38,281 nt of DNA from Seison nebaliae (taxonomy: Eukaryota). This document shows positions 37,556 through 38,281 of the stretch, in pieces. Under the pieces are notes generated by a model. That model was not told where the DNA came from and did not search any database. It worked only from the letters and a program-made list of their open reading frames with translations. Position 1 is the first letter of the stretch. Each line of letters opens with the position of its first letter. The stretch covers positions 1-38,281 of the forward strand of contig JALJEE010003012.1 in the NCBI GenBank assembly GCA_023231475.1, written 5' to 3'. The translations under genes and the position numbers were made by a program.

Positions 37556-38138
37556 GCATGATGTAACTGTTCCGGTTGAGGCTTCGGCATCGAGTCATGG
37601 AGATGCGGCAAACACGAAGAAGGCAAAATACAGTCCGTATGAGCCTAGCCTCAAAAGTTACTTCAACGTGAATCGGATCGTTCACGCGCCCATAATCTTT
37701 TCGGCTAAAGGGAGCATCGCTCCGTTCACGATACAATTTCTCGAGAAAACTTTTCGCCTCGAGCAGTACACACTGTCTGACTTGTGCTTCGAAACAATGA
37801 AGTCATCGAAGACAATGGTGTACAACGTCATCAATAACTGATGACGGCCTACAACCCGAGTAGGGGTACTCGCGGGCGTCCGAAGCGGAGGGAGATGTGA
37901 ACAGGAGCGTAAAACGGACAATAGCTGAGCTCCTGCCTCCAGACGAACAGCAGGGATGTAAGTCCTCTCTCTTGAGCTGAATCCGATAAAGAATGCCATG
38001 AAACTACACAAAATCGACCGGGTGTTCGGCGAAGACGGCGACAGGATGTCAACAAACGCGGGATAAAGAAGACGGGATAACTAATAATATAAACTATTAA
38101 TAAATATTCTGTTTTAATTCTAATTGTAATAAACTCTA
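37556..38138 (+). mobile_element. 5'-truncated non-LTR retrotransposon of the restriction-like-endonuclease class (R2/NeSL/R4-like): endonuclease C-terminus plus 3' UTR
   Basis: DVTVPVE (from 37560)...KKAKY...APIIFSAKGSI matches the D-V-T-x-P-x-E / K-x-x-K-Y / P-I-x-x-x-x-x-G pattern of RLE C-termini. Stop at 37841, followed by a GC-rich structured tail and AATAAA at 38099 and 38128. Boundaries are approximate. Confidence 0.75.
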
Positions 38139-38281
38139 ACATAGCCAAATGCCTAGTCGCATAATTAGCGACGTGCATGAATGGAATAATGAGATTGCTT
38201 CTGTCCTTAACTACTATCTGGCGAAACTACAGCTAAGGGAACGGGCTTAGAAAAATTAGCGGGGAAAGAAGACCCTGTTGA

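Noticed and set aside
37838..37890. Hammerhead ribozyme (CTGATGA core), also at 31733
   Set aside because: No correctly placed GAAA after a stem II, and no stems I/III with a cleavage triplet.
37515..38208. Alternative target-site duplication ATAATGA..TTCTGTCCTT (37515-37531 versus 38186-38208)
   Set aside because: It needs a 6-nt gap and lies about 50 nt past the likely 3' end. It cannot be preferred without other copies.
1..38281. CRISPR arrays, tRNA/rRNA genes, prokaryotic operons
   Set aside because: None seen. The sequence is eukaryotic with spliceosomal introns, and the repeats lack unique spacers.

Overview
AT-rich (roughly 30% GC by eye) animal nuclear DNA from a compact genome with very short introns. 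The muscleblind zinc-finger sequence looks more spiralian than arthropod to me, but the species cannot be fixed from the sequence. The left 16 kb is gene-dense. It holds a Pro/Glu/Lys-repeat, probably GPI-anchored surface protein, a decayed multi-exon gene, a secreted LRR protein, METTL17/Rsm22, a Thr-rich membrane protein, a decayed hairpin-rich segment and a PP2A B'' regulatory subunit. About 16.7-36.4 kb is best explained as one large minus-strand muscleblind (mbl/MBNL) locus: a 3072-nt zinc-finger exon, small downstream exons missed by the ORF track, and candidate upstream exons. The right end has short tandem duplications and a 5'-truncated restriction-like-endonuclease (R2/NeSL-type) non-LTR retrotransposon. 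Its 5' junction abuts a sequence resembling the rotifer spliced leader, which is the most interesting lead. All exon models were read by eye and need RNA-seq.
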